Of a DNA stretch of 64,000 nt, positions 36,561-46,532 are shown in pieces. The notes under the pieces are model-generated. The model ran no database searches. It was given only the letters and a program-made list of their open reading frames with translations, and was not told the origin of the DNA. Each line of letters opens with the position of its first letter. Position 1 is the first letter of the stretch. Both the position numbers and the translations under genes were made by a program. The stretch is from Terriglobia bacterium (GTDB taxonomy: Bacteria > Acidobacteriota > Polarisedimenticolia > Polarisedimenticolales > JAIQFR01): assembly GCA_963748015.1 (NCBI GenBank), contig CAVVHE010000005.1:160001-224000 (forward strand), in the 5' to 3' direction.

Positions 36561-37612
36561 AGATTGTAACGATCGTGGGGGCGCGGCCCCAGTTCATCAA
36601 GGCCGCCGCCCTGAGCCGGGAAGTGCGGAGGTGCCATCAGGAATACCTGGTCCACACGGGGCAACACTACGACTACTCCATGTCGGGCGTGTTTTTCGAC
36701 GGTCTTGAATTGCCTCCCGCGGATGTGAACTTGGGCGTTGGTTCCGGACCTCACGGGGCTCAAACCGGGGCCATGCTCCAGGGCATTGAAGGGGTCATCC
36801 TACGCGAGCGCCCGCACTGGGTGCTGGTCTACGGTGATACGAATTCCACGCTCGCAGGGGCGCTGGCGGCGTCGAAACTGCACGTGCCGGTGGTCCACGT
36901 CGAGGCGGGCCTTCGGAGTTACAACCGGCGTATGCCCGAGGAAATCAACCGGGTGGTCACCGACCACCTCTCACGATTGCTGCTCTGTCCCAGCGCCACC
37001 GCGGTTCGTAATCTCGAGCGGGAAGGAATCACCAATGGGGTTCACCCTGTGGGGGATGTAATGCTGGACGTGCTCAACTGGGCGCAGGCTCAGGCGAATA
37101 ACCGACGTGGGCCTCTCCTCACCCGATTGGGGATCACCGAACAGCGATATCTGGTCGCCACCTTACACCGCAGCGAGAACACGGACGACCTCGCGAAACT
37201 CAGCAGCGTCATGAAGGCATTCAACTCGTTGGATGAGCCCGTTGTGTTCCCGGTGCATCCGCGGACCCGAAATGCACTGAAGCATCTTGCGGCAGACATA
37301 AAGAGCCATGTTCGGCTGATTGACCCCCTCAGCTATATCGACATGGTGGCGCTGACCGCATCAGCTCGCATGATTCTGACCGATTCTGGAGGCCTTCAAA
37401 AGGAGGCTTACTGGCTGGGTGTCCCCTGCGTCACACTGCGTGAAGAAACCGAGTGGGTCGAAACCGTCCAGGCTGGCTGGAACTTCTTGGTTGGGGCCGA
37501 TGAGGCCAGGATCATTGAGGCAGTCCAGTCTTTCCGACCGCACTCTGCGCGGGCCGCTTTGTATGGGGATGGGGGGGGGGTTTCAGCACGAAGCGTTGAG
37601 CTCCTGGGCTGA
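36557..37612 (+). CDS. wecB: UDP-N-acetylglucosamine 2-epimerase, non-hydrolysing (WecB/WbpI-like)
   Basis: [59 protein letters not shown]. Confidence 0.95.
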   Translation: MKIVTIVGARPQFIKAAALSREVRRCHQEYLVHTGQHYDYSMSGVFFDGLELPPADVNLGVGSGPHGAQTGAMLQGIEGVILRERPHWVLVYGDTNSTLAGALAASKLHVPVVHVEAGLRSYNRRMPEEINRVVTDHLSRLLLCPSATAVRNLEREGITNGVHPVGDVMLDVLNWAQAQANNRRGPLLTRLGITEQRYLVATLHRSENTDDLAKLSSVMKAFNSLDEPVVFPVHPRTRNALKHLAADIKSHVRLIDPLSYIDMVALTASARMILTDSGGLQKEAYWLGVPCVTLREETEWVETVQAGWNFLVGADEARIIEAVQSFRPHSARAALYGDGGGVSARSVELLG

Positions 37613-37635
37613 ATGTCACACAAGAAGGGAACACT

Positions 37636-39324
37636 GTGAAAGTACCAGACGAATCAATTTCCCCGCATCGAGTAGCTGTGGTAGGCATGGGGTACTGGGG
37701 CAAGAACCTCGTGCGGAACTTTCACGAACTCGGCGTCCTCGCTGCGGTCTGTGACTCCGACCCGGCAGTGGAGGGCAGTCTGCGGCAGCAGTACGGGGCC
37801 GTGCGGTATTGTGCCAGCTATGCGGCGCTGCTGGCGGACCCGGCCATTACGGCCGTGGCCCTGGCGACTCCGGCGATCAGCCACTTTGAAATGGCCCGGG
37901 CCGCCATGAAGGCGGGCAAGGATGTATTCGTCGAGAAACCGCTGGCGATCGAGGTGGTGCAGGGGCAAGAACTCGTGCGACTTGCGGAGAGGGAACGCCG
38001 CGTCCTCATGGTCGGGCACATCCTGCGCTTCCACCCCGCCGTCCTCCGTTTGCAGGAAATGATTCGTGCCGGCGCCCTTGGCGACATTCGTTACCTCTAC
38101 TCGAACCGGTTGAACATCGGGAAGATCCGCAGCGAAGAAAACATTCTGTGGAGTTTTGCGCCGCACGACATCTCGGTGATTCTGGCGTTGCTGAACGAAT
38201 TCCCGAGCCGCGTTGTCTGCCAGGGTGGCGCCCACCTGAATCGGCATGTCTACGATGTGACCTTGAGTCAATTCGAGTTCCCCAGCGGGGTGCAGGCGCA
38301 CATCTTCGTGAGCTGGTTGCATCCCATCAAGGAACAGCGTTTGGTTCTTGTGGGCTCGGAGCAGATGGCCGTCTTCGATGACACCGCCCAGGACAAACTG
38401 ATGTTGTATCCACACAAGGTAGAATGGCGCAACCGGGTGCCCACCGCAATTAAGGCCAATGGACAGGCGGTGGCCTTGGAACCCAAGGAGCCGCTAAGGG
38501 AGGAATGTTGTCATTTCCTGAAGTGCCTCGCGACGCGGCAATCCCCCGTCACCAATGGCGAGGAGGGACTGCGCGTTCTCGGAGTTCTGGATGCCTGCCA
38601 GCGGTCACTGCTCATGAATGGCATCGCCATCGAGATGGGGAATCGGGCGGTGGAGCCTCCCCCACCAGCCCCACCCTGCTTTGCCCACGAGTCCGCTTAC
38701 ATCGACCCGGGCGCCGAGATCGGGGCTGGCAGCAAGATCTGGCACTTCTCGCACGTGATGAAAGGAGCCCGCATCGGTGAGCGTTGCATCCTGGGTCAGA
38801 ACGTCAACGTTGACAGCGGGACAGTGATTGGGAACAACGTGAAGATCCAAAACAATGTTTCCGTATACACCGGAACTGTCATCGAGGACGACGTCTTTCT
38901 AGGTCCCTCCTGCGTCCTGACCAATGTCACCAATCCGCGTGCGCAGGTAAACCGGCATTCACTTTACGAGCGGACGACCCTTCGGCGAGGCTGCACCATC
39001 GGCGCCAACGCGACCATCGTGTGCGGCGTGACTGTGGGTCGCTATGCCTTCGTTGGGGCCGGGGCGGTGGTCACCCGGGACGTGCCCGATTACGCCCTCG
39101 TAGTGGGCAATCCGGCCCGGCAGATCGGCTGGATGAGCCGGCAGGGCCACCGATTGAACGGCGCCGATGCAGAGGGGGTGAGCCGGTGTCTGGAAACCGG
39201 GTATCGTTACCAGGAGTCTTCGCCGGGGGTTCTGCGTTGCCTCGACTTGGACGAGGAAGCGCCCCTGCCGGCCCCGTTCACCAAAGGCACGAAGTCCTAT
39301 CACGAACTCAAGCGGAGCCATTGA
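37636..39324 (+). CDS. Fusion of a Gfo/Idh/MocA dehydrogenase (WbpB-like) and a hexapeptide N-acetyltransferase (WbpD-like)
   Basis: [22 protein letters not shown], a Pro-rich linker, then [40 protein letters not shown]. Confidence 0.9.
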   Translation: MKVPDESISPHRVAVVGMGYWGKNLVRNFHELGVLAAVCDSDPAVEGSLRQQYGAVRYCASYAALLADPAITAVALATPAISHFEMARAAMKAGKDVFVEKPLAIEVVQGQELVRLAERERRVLMVGHILRFHPAVLRLQEMIRAGALGDIRYLYSNRLNIGKIRSEENILWSFAPHDISVILALLNEFPSRVVCQGGAHLNRHVYDVTLSQFEFPSGVQAHIFVSWLHPIKEQRLVLVGSEQMAVFDDTAQDKLMLYPHKVEWRNRVPTAIKANGQAVALEPKEPLREECCHFLKCLATRQSPVTNGEEGLRVLGVLDACQRSLLMNGIAIEMGNRAVEPPPPAPPCFAHESAYIDPGAEIGAGSKIWHFSHVMKGARIGERCILGQNVNVDSGTVIGNNVKIQNNVSVYTGTVIEDDVFLGPSCVLTNVTNPRAQVNRHSLYERTTLRRGCTIGANATIVCGVTVGRYAFVGAGAVVTRDVPDYALVVGNPARQIGWMSRQGHRLNGADAEGVSRCLETGYRYQESSPGVLRCLDLDEEAPLPAPFTKGTKSYHELKRSH

Positions 39325-39326
39325 TC

Positions 39327-40529
39327 ATGAATGTCCCATTGCTCGACCTGAAGGCGCAATTTGCCACCATTCGGCCGGATGTCGAAAAGGCGGTGGCGGC
39401 GGTCTTCGAATCCCAGCACTTCATCCTCGGGCCGCAGGTGAAGGAATGCGAGGAAGCCATCGCCACTTACAGCCGATGCTCGCATGCCATCGGGGTCTCC
39501 TCGGGAACCGATGCGCTGCTCATCTGTCTCATGGCGGAAGGCATCGGCCGGGGGGATGAGGTCATCACGACGCCCTACACCTTCTTCGCCACCGCGGGAT
39601 GCATAGCGCGCGTCGGCGCGACGCCCGTGTTTGTGGACATTGACCCGGCAACCTATAATTTGGACGTAGCCCAGATTGAGGCGAAAATCACCTCCAAGAC
39701 TCGCGCGATCGTGCCAGTGCATTTGTACGGTCAGATGGCCGACATGGACCCAGTCATGCAAATCGCAGGGCGGCATCGACTGGTCGTGATCGAGGACGCC
39801 GCCCAAGCGATTGGTGCCGAATACAAAGCAAGACGAGCCGGTTCAGTCGGTCACTATGGGTGTTTCTCATTCTTCCCTTCGAAGAACCTAGGTGCTGCGG
39901 GTGACGGTGGCATGGTGGTGACGAACGACCCCGCACGGGCCGAGAACCTGAGACGGCTACGCGCCCACGGCTCCAAGCCAAAGTATTACCATAAGGTCGT
40001 GGGAGGCAATTTCCGGCTCGACACCCTGCAAGCCGCCGTGGTCACTGCCAAGTTGCCATATCTCGACGGATGGACTGAGGCCAGGCAGCGGAACGCATCC
40101 ACCTATGACCGACTCTTTTGGGGATCAGGGTTGCGTGTGGCGGGATCGGACCATCCCATGAATCTCCGGGCAGGAAGCTCGATCGAACGCTTCAGTTCCG
40201 AAGGGCCGCAGATCTACCTGCCGAAGATCCAAACTGACCGGCACATCTTCAACCAGTACGTCATCCGTGTGCAGCATCGCGACCGATTGAAGTTCGCCTT
40301 GCAGGAAAAGGGCATTAGCACCGAAATCTATTACCCGGTTCCGATGCACCTCCAGGAGTGTTTCGTCTACCTCGGAGGAAAGGAGGGAGCGTTCCCTGAG
40401 AGTGAAACCGCCGCGCAGCAAACCCTGGCGCTTCCCGTCTACCCCGAACTCAGCGACGACCAGGCGGCTTATGTGGTCAACACCGTTCGAGAGGCACTTG
40501 GTCGAACCAGCCCGCGTTGCGTTTCTTAG
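39327..40529 (+). CDS. DegT/DnrJ/EryC1/StrS aminotransferase (WbpE-like)
   Basis: VPLLDLKAQ, SSGTDAL, TFFAT, PVHLYGQ, EDAAQA, SFFPSKNLG (PLP Lys), RLDTLQAA, YYP.P.H.Q. Confidence 0.95.
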   Translation: MNVPLLDLKAQFATIRPDVEKAVAAVFESQHFILGPQVKECEEAIATYSRCSHAIGVSSGTDALLICLMAEGIGRGDEVITTPYTFFATAGCIARVGATPVFVDIDPATYNLDVAQIEAKITSKTRAIVPVHLYGQMADMDPVMQIAGRHRLVVIEDAAQAIGAEYKARRAGSVGHYGCFSFFPSKNLGAAGDGGMVVTNDPARAENLRRLRAHGSKPKYYHKVVGGNFRLDTLQAAVVTAKLPYLDGWTEARQRNASTYDRLFWGSGLRVAGSDHPMNLRAGSSIERFSSEGPQIYLPKIQTDRHIFNQYVIRVQHRDRLKFALQEKGISTEIYYPVPMHLQECFVYLGGKEGAFPESETAAQQTLALPVYPELSDDQAAYVVNTVREALGRTSPRCVS

Positions 40530-40554
40530 CACCGCCCCCTTGTGGTTCCCCCGA

Positions 40555-42264
40555 ATGATTGGAGTCATGTACAGTGAGGATGAAGCCCGATGCGTCCGGG
40601 AGTTCTTCGAGCTTTTCAAGACGCCGTGGGAGCCTTACAAGCCGAGCCGCTCCTACGACGTGATCGTTACAACACTTACCGACGTCCCGGAAACCAGTGC
40701 CGGCGTTCTGCTCATTTTTTGTTCGGACGTCTGTCCTCTTGACAGGGAATTGGGCCTAGACCCTGAAGGACGCTTGCAAGCACCGTTGCTCGCGTGTGGG
40801 GAAGACCGCCTGCCTGTCTACGGAGCCGTTGCGACGTTCCGTACCGATGGTCCGGGAATGCCGTGTGTTGCGGCCGGAGACCGGGGCGCTGGGTTCCGCG
40901 TGGAAGTGGGCGATCAATGTATCTTTCGTCTAGGATACAACCTGTTTCGCGAAGTGGAGCACCTTCTCAACCATGGTCAACCTGTTCAGAACGCTCCGGT
41001 TCCTTCACTCGATTTGCACATCGCTTGGTTGCGCAAGTGGATTCTTGACGGAGGTTTCCCGCTGATTGAAATCGCCCCCTCGCCATGGGGCTGCCGGTTC
41101 AGCGTGTGCCTGACCCATGACATTGATTTCATCGGTATCCGCCAGCACCTGTTCGACCATACGATGTGGGGGTTTGTTTACCGCGCGAGCCTCGGAGCAA
41201 CCGCGGACTTTCTGGGAGGCAGGAAATCTCTGCGCCGCCTCCTTGCTTGCTGGTGGGCGGTCTGCAAACTGCCGTTTGTCTATCTTGGCATCGTGCGGGA
41301 TTTCTGGCTTCCCTTCGACTGGCTCCTGACTGTTGAGAAAGGTCTTCCGGCAACCTATTTCCTGATTCCGTTCAAGGGTCGTCCCGGCGAGAGGGTTTCC
41401 GCACCACATCCCGAACGGCGAGCCACAGCATACGACCTGGGTGACATCCCTGATTGGATTCGCAGACTAAGGGCCGAAGGGTGTGAAGTGGGAATCCACG
41501 GGATTGACGCGTGGCACAGTGTCGAGCTGGGGCGGGCGGAATTGAATCGGCTGGCCGAAGAATCTCCTGGCGACAAGTTGGGCATTCGCATGCATTGGCT
41601 GCTTTACGCCGCACTCAGTGCGAAGGTGATCGAGGCGGCCGGTTACGATTATGATGCCACGATGGGCTACAACGAGACCCCAGGCTACCGGTCAGGGACC
41701 ACCCAGCCGTACCAGCCGTTTGATGTCCAGGATTTACTGGAGCTTCCTCTGCACATTCAGGATGGCGCGCTGTTTTATCCCAAGCGCATGGGACTGGCCG
41801 AAGGTGAGGCTTGGGAGGTCTGCCAGTCCATGATTACCCACACCGAGGCACACGGCGGGGTGTTGACCGTGTTATGGCATGATCGGAGCCATGGACCGGA
41901 GCGATTCTGGGGTGAGTTCTATCGACGGCTGGTGGCCGCCCTCAAGCAACGAGCCCCGTGGTTCTGCACCGCAGGCCAGGCCGTCGACTGGCATAGAGCC
42001 CGGCGTTCCGTCCGGTTCGAGCGTCAGGCCAAAGACGATCGGGGCAGGAAAATCCGAGCCCTCCCGGGGCAGCGAACTCCCTCTCGGCCATTCAGAGTGC
42101 TTGCATACCCCGCTGCCAAGCGTTGCGGACAGCAGGGATTCCGTGTCCAGCCGCGCGAGATCAAGTGGTCAGGCGAAGCCCCTTTGGATCTCTCACCGTG
42201 GATCCCTGATGACTCCGAAGCTGCCATGGTCGGGCGCAGTGCGGGACTCCGCAGACTTTCCTGA
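40555..42264 (+). CDS. Polysaccharide deacetylase-like protein with N-terminal extension
   Basis: CLTHDID, ATYF, EVGIHG, GIRMHWL, YDATMGYN..GYRSGT, ELPL.IQD, LTVLWH. Confidence 0.8.
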   Translation: MIGVMYSEDEARCVREFFELFKTPWEPYKPSRSYDVIVTTLTDVPETSAGVLLIFCSDVCPLDRELGLDPEGRLQAPLLACGEDRLPVYGAVATFRTDGPGMPCVAAGDRGAGFRVEVGDQCIFRLGYNLFREVEHLLNHGQPVQNAPVPSLDLHIAWLRKWILDGGFPLIEIAPSPWGCRFSVCLTHDIDFIGIRQHLFDHTMWGFVYRASLGATADFLGGRKSLRRLLACWWAVCKLPFVYLGIVRDFWLPFDWLLTVEKGLPATYFLIPFKGRPGERVSAPHPERRATAYDLGDIPDWIRRLRAEGCEVGIHGIDAWHSVELGRAELNRLAEESPGDKLGIRMHWLLYAALSAKVIEAAGYDYDATMGYNETPGYRSGTTQPYQPFDVQDLLELPLHIQDGALFYPKRMGLAEGEAWEVCQSMITHTEAHGGVLTVLWHDRSHGPERFWGEFYRRLVAALKQRAPWFCTAGQAVDWHRARRSVRFERQAKDDRGRKIRALPGQRTPSRPFRVLAYPAAKRCGQQGFRVQPREIKWSGEAPLDLSPWIPDDSEAAMVGRSAGLRRLS

Positions 42265-42270
42265 ACTGCC

Positions 42271-43587
42271 ATGTCTTGCAAGAGCGCGAGTGAAACCCGG
42301 GGCACCCTGCGGAAGGCGGTCTGCGTCCTCCTGCAGAGCCACTACGACATGGACATCAGGGTTCGCCGAAAGGCGGAGGCCCTGATCGAGGCTGGCTATG
42401 CTGTGGACGTACTGGCGCTTCGCGGGCCTGGTCGCGATCGCAAGGCCTATTCCTTGAATGGGGTCCAGGTGCACACGATCTCCTTGGGAAAGGAGCGCGG
42501 ATCGCTTGGACGCTACGTGTTCGAATATGTAGCCTTCCTTGTGTGGTCCCTCTTCAAGGTCAGGGCGATGATGGAGCAGCGACAATACACTGTCGTTGAT
42601 GTCAACAACCTCCCGGACTTCCTCGTCTTCGGAGCTTGGTGCGCCAAGCGGCGTGGGGCGAGGGTGGTTTTTGACATGCACGAAATCACTCCGGAGTTCT
42701 TCATGTCGAAGTATGGCGTGGGCGATCAGCACTGGCTGGTGCGGCTCTGCCGGAGGATCGAGCGCGCGTGCCTGCGTTATGCCGACCACGTGATCGCCAT
42801 CAACGAGCCCATCCAGAGGCTTCTCGAGCAGCGCGGTCTTCCCGCCGGCAAATGTACCATCGTGATGAACTCGGCGGATGAAGGGCTATTTCAGAAGTCT
42901 TCCGCTTGTCCGACTCCACCTGATCCTTCCGAGGGGCGTGCGACCTACGTGATGATGTATCATGGTACACTGACGCGCATCTATGGGCTGGACATCGCGC
43001 TGGAGTCTTTCGCGCTGGCTCAGGAGACCCTGCCCGGCGCCGAGTTCTGGATCCTTGGTCGGGGGCCCGAGCAGGATTATCTGGAGAGCCAGGCGCGACG
43101 ACTCGGCCTCGAGGGCAAGGTTCGGTTTCTTGGGTCCGTTCCGCCGGGGGACATCGCAGGCTGGCTGCGGCGTTGCGATGTCGGGGTGCTGCCGACGCGG
43201 CAGGACGTGTTCCTCGACCTGTCATTTTCCAACAAGCTCTCGGAGTACATCATCAGCGACAAGGCGGTCATCGTTTCGCGCCTCCGGACCATCCGGCACT
43301 ACTTTTCCGAAGAGGCCCTCGCCTTTTTCAAGCCGCACGATGTGAACGATCTGGCGCGACAGATGTCTACGCTCTATCACGACCCAGCCTTGCGCTCAAG
43401 ACTGGCGGCGAGGGCGCGGGAGAATTACCGCCCCCTGTGCTGGGCTGTTATGAAGCAACGATACGTCACAGCCGTAAATTGTCTCGCCGGTGCGAAGGAT
43501 GTTGGGCTTGTGGATCAGCTTCCGGTTGGTGTCTCGAAGCAGCATGAGGAAAGGGCAAGGCAGGCAAAGTGCGCTCTGAGATCATGA
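42271..43587 (+). CDS. Glycosyltransferase family 4
   Basis: D.RV.R.AEAL, N.PDFL, FDMHE, YHGT..YGLD, G.GP, SNKL.EY. Confidence 0.9.
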   Translation: MSCKSASETRGTLRKAVCVLLQSHYDMDIRVRRKAEALIEAGYAVDVLALRGPGRDRKAYSLNGVQVHTISLGKERGSLGRYVFEYVAFLVWSLFKVRAMMEQRQYTVVDVNNLPDFLVFGAWCAKRRGARVVFDMHEITPEFFMSKYGVGDQHWLVRLCRRIERACLRYADHVIAINEPIQRLLEQRGLPAGKCTIVMNSADEGLFQKSSACPTPPDPSEGRATYVMMYHGTLTRIYGLDIALESFALAQETLPGAEFWILGRGPEQDYLESQARRLGLEGKVRFLGSVPPGDIAGWLRRCDVGVLPTRQDVFLDLSFSNKLSEYIISDKAVIVSRLRTIRHYFSEEALAFFKPHDVNDLARQMSTLYHDPALRSRLAARARENYRPLCWAVMKQRYVTAVNCLAGAKDVGLVDQLPVGVSKQHEERARQAKCALRS

Positions 43588-44564
43588 CACGCCGTCCGAC
43601 GTCCGAGCAGGTCGGCGGATCCCGTCCGGGCAGGCGGTGCCGCTACGTCTTGGTGACTCCCGCCCGGAACGAGGATGAGTTCATTGGCAGGACCATCGCC
43701 TCCATGGTTTCCCAGACGGTCCGCCCCGAGCGGTGGGTGATCGTCAGCGATGGATCTACCGACGGCACAGATGACATCGTCACGTCGCATCTCGGGCAGC
43801 ATCGCTGGATCGAGTTAGTCAAAATGACTGAGCGCAAGGAGCGGCATTTCGCAGGCAAAGTCCAGGCTTTCAATGCGGGTTACGCGCGATTGAAGGGGCT
43901 CGATTTTGAGGTCATCGGCAACCTCGACGCAGACGTGTCCTTCGAGCCTGACTATGTCGAGTATTTGCTCGACCAATTTGCCGCCAACCCACGTCTTGGG
44001 GTTGCCGGTACGAACCGTTGGGAGGGTTCGCTGATGTACGACTTCCGGTTCAGCAATGTCGAGGATGTTGCGGGGGCCTGCCAGTTGTTCAGGAGGGAGT
44101 GCTTCGAGGCCATCGGCGGTTATCAACCGATCCGGGGTGGGGGCATCGATCTGGTTGCGATGTTGACGGCGAGAATGCGGGGCTGGGAAACGAGAACCTT
44201 CACCGAGCGGATCCTGCGGCATCACCGTCCCTCCGGGACTGCAAGCGCCGGGCGCTGGAAGACGCATTATATCGACGGACGCAAGGATTACATGTTCGGA
44301 AGTCACCCATTGTGGGAGCTGTTCCGGACCTTCTACCGCATGAAACGGAATCCCTATGTCTTGTCCGGTTTGCTTTTGTTCAGTGGTTATCTGTGGTCGA
44401 TGCTCAGCGGTGTGCAACGTCCCATTTCGCCGGAGTTGATTCGCTTCCGACGCCGGGAACAAATGAGTCGGTTGCATAGATTCCTGCTGACTCTCCCCTT
44501 CCTCAACCGAGGGGATGCAGGGGTCCCCACCAACCCGGCAATTCGGCGAGATGTTGATTATTAA
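43584..44564 (+). CDS. Glycosyltransferase family 2
   Basis: VTPARNE, WVIVSDGSTD.T, GKV.AFN.G, NLDAD. Confidence 0.9.
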   Translation: MTRRPTSEQVGGSRPGRRCRYVLVTPARNEDEFIGRTIASMVSQTVRPERWVIVSDGSTDGTDDIVTSHLGQHRWIELVKMTERKERHFAGKVQAFNAGYARLKGLDFEVIGNLDADVSFEPDYVEYLLDQFAANPRLGVAGTNRWEGSLMYDFRFSNVEDVAGACQLFRRECFEAIGGYQPIRGGGIDLVAMLTARMRGWETRTFTERILRHHRPSGTASAGRWKTHYIDGRKDYMFGSHPLWELFRTFYRMKRNPYVLSGLLLFSGYLWSMLSGVQRPISPELIRFRRREQMSRLHRFLLTLPFLNRGDAGVPTNPAIRRDVDY

Positions 44565-45276
44565 CGCCGACGACTGGGGGGGGTGGCGACAAGCCACTGA
44601 TTCGGCATTAGCCTGTGTCGGCTGCGGGAGGATTACAGCCGTCACCGCGATGGTCTTCATGGATGATTCCGAGCGAGCGGCCGAGTTGGCGATCGAGGGT
44701 GGGCTTGACGTTGGACTGCACCTCAACTTCACAGCGCCGTTTACCGGGCCCCAAATTTCTCCCTTGTTGCGACAATCCCAAGCTCTGGTTCAGCGATTCC
44801 TGAAGCGGAGCAAGTACGCAGTCGTTGTCTACCATCCCCTTTTGAGGCGGGAGTTCCGTTATCTATACCAAGCTCAGGTGGAAGAGTTCATGAGGCTTTA
44901 TAGCCGGCCACCATCACACGTCGATGGCCATCAGCACAAGCACCTTTGCGCCAACATGCTTCTGGAATCGATCATTCCCCCAGGGCAGATGGTGCGCCGG
45001 AGCTTTTCGTTCTGGCCTGGCGAGAAGGGTTGGCTGAATCGGTCATACCGGAGATTGGTTGACACGTGGCTTGCCAGACGCTATCGAACCACAGACTTCT
45101 TCTTTTCGTTGCTGGAGTGCCTGCGGTTGAACCGACTTGACCGCGTCGCCGGACTTTCCAGGACCGCCAACGTGGAGCTCATGACACATCCTGAAATTCC
45201 AGACGAGCGTGCATTTCTCCAAAGTGACGAGTATTCAGCCTGGGTTAGGGATCTCCCCAGAGGGACTTATGCCTAG
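44551..45276 (+). CDS. ChbG/HpnK/YdjC-family carbohydrate deacetylase
   Basis: LIINADDWG, GLHLN, PSHVDGHQH.H, ELMTHP. Confidence 0.92.
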   Translation: MLIINADDWGGWRQATDSALACVGCGRITAVTAMVFMDDSERAAELAIEGGLDVGLHLNFTAPFTGPQISPLLRQSQALVQRFLKRSKYAVVVYHPLLRREFRYLYQAQVEEFMRLYSRPPSHVDGHQHKHLCANMLLESIIPPGQMVRRSFSFWPGEKGWLNRSYRRLVDTWLARRYRTTDFFFSLLECLRLNRLDRVAGLSRTANVELMTHPEIPDERAFLQSDEYSAWVRDLPRGTYA

Positions 45277-45305
45277 CTGTGAGGTGCGCATGTCACCCCG
45301 ACATA

Positions 45306-46295
45306 ATGAGCGGCAAGGCATATAGGGTTGAGAACGCCACTGAGGTGAATGGCAGAGGTCAAGCGATTAGTCCTCGATCGGCTTGCATCGACGGTCGAAC
45401 AGTTTTGGTTGAAGGAAGAGTCATCAAGATTGCGTCCATCTTTGATGAGCAGTGGATAGAGGGGGCATGTCTCGAAGAGCCAAGGCCATTTATAGACGAA
45501 CTGCAGAAACGGCGAACGGGAGCGGACATCTTCGTCTTTACTCAGCAACTACCGGACCTCAAGCCGAGGCACGAGTACCATATCGAATGGGACAACATCG
45601 CCGTCATCCCCGTCAGCAGCTATGAGACTTGGTTTAAGGACTCGATCGAGTACGACGTACGCAAGGCAGTTAAGAAGGCGGTGAGGATGGGGGTGCAAGT
45701 GAAAGCCGTCAGTTTCTCGGATGAGTTTGTGAATGGGATTCAACAGATATATAATGAGAGTCCCGTGAGGCAAGGGAAGTACTTCTGGCATTATGGCAAG
45801 GATTTCAAAACTGTTAAGCTGGAAAACTCAACCTACCTGGACAGGAGTGAGTTCATTGGCGCCTACTATCAAAATGAGCTGATCGGTTACATCCGACTGG
45901 TGTATATTGGTTGCGTGGCGAGCACGTTGCAAGTGATCGCGATGAACAGGCACTTTGACAAGAAACCGGTCAACGCCCTTATTGCCAAAGCAGTTGAAAT
46001 TTGCGAGCAGAAGAAGATGAGATATTTAGTGTATGACAGGTATGACTTTGGAAGCAAAGACAAGAGCTCCTTTACCGAGTTCAAGCGCCGCAATGGATTT
46101 CAAAAAATGCCTTTTCCGCGGTATTTTGTTCCGCTGACCCTCACAGGTGAACTCGCGCTAAGAATAGGGCTTCACCGAGGCATCAAGGAACTGACTCCGT
46201 CCGGGCTAAGATCCCTTTACGTGCGGTGCCGAGCCAAAGTTCTGCAGCTAAATTCGGTTCAATCGTACCTGAAGGGGAAGTTGCGTCCTGATTAG
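45306..46295 (+). CDS. Divergent GNAT/Fem-like protein
   Basis: VRKAVKKA...GV.V, IYNE.P.RQG, FIGAY..ELIG, NALIAKAVE, FTEFKRRNGF resemble the Fem-type second GNAT domain. Visibly more AT-rich than its neighbours. Confidence 0.6.
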   Translation: MSGKAYRVENATEVNGRGQAISPRSACIDGRTVLVEGRVIKIASIFDEQWIEGACLEEPRPFIDELQKRRTGADIFVFTQQLPDLKPRHEYHIEWDNIAVIPVSSYETWFKDSIEYDVRKAVKKAVRMGVQVKAVSFSDEFVNGIQQIYNESPVRQGKYFWHYGKDFKTVKLENSTYLDRSEFIGAYYQNELIGYIRLVYIGCVASTLQVIAMNRHFDKKPVNALIAKAVEICEQKKMRYLVYDRYDFGSKDKSSFTEFKRRNGFQKMPFPRYFVPLTLTGELALRIGLHRGIKELTPSGLRSLYVRCRAKVLQLNSVQSYLKGKLRPD

Positions 46296-46357
46296 GGGCA
46301 CAAAATGTGCGCACCATGTTTCTGCGTGTGTCTACGAGGCGCATTGGGTATTCGGTT

Positions 46358-46432
46358 TCCAGAGTAGCTCAATGGTAGAGCAGCCGGCTGTTTACCGGAA
46401 GGTTATTGGTTCGAATCCTTTCTCTGGAGCCA
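46358..46432 (+). tRNA. tRNA-Asn(GTT)-like gene, atypical (U37, T-stem U-U mismatches)
   Basis: TCCAGAG TA GCTC AATGGTA GAGC A GCCGG CT GTT TA CCGGA AGGTT ATTGG TTCGAAT CCTTT CTCTGGA G CCA: 75-nt cloverleaf with encoded CCA. Confidence 0.88.
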
Positions 46433-46532
46433 ATCTTCAGGCGGTCAAGCTGGAGTGTGGATATGGAGATCGGTTAGAAAGCATGGATTGCAAGATCAGT
46501 ACGATCTTCTTGTCCTTAACGGCCTATTAAGT

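Noticed and set aside
46358..46432. tRNA as a prophage or island attachment site
   Set aside because: No integrase and no duplicated tRNA 3' end seen in the window, and glycan genes continue co-oriented on both sides.
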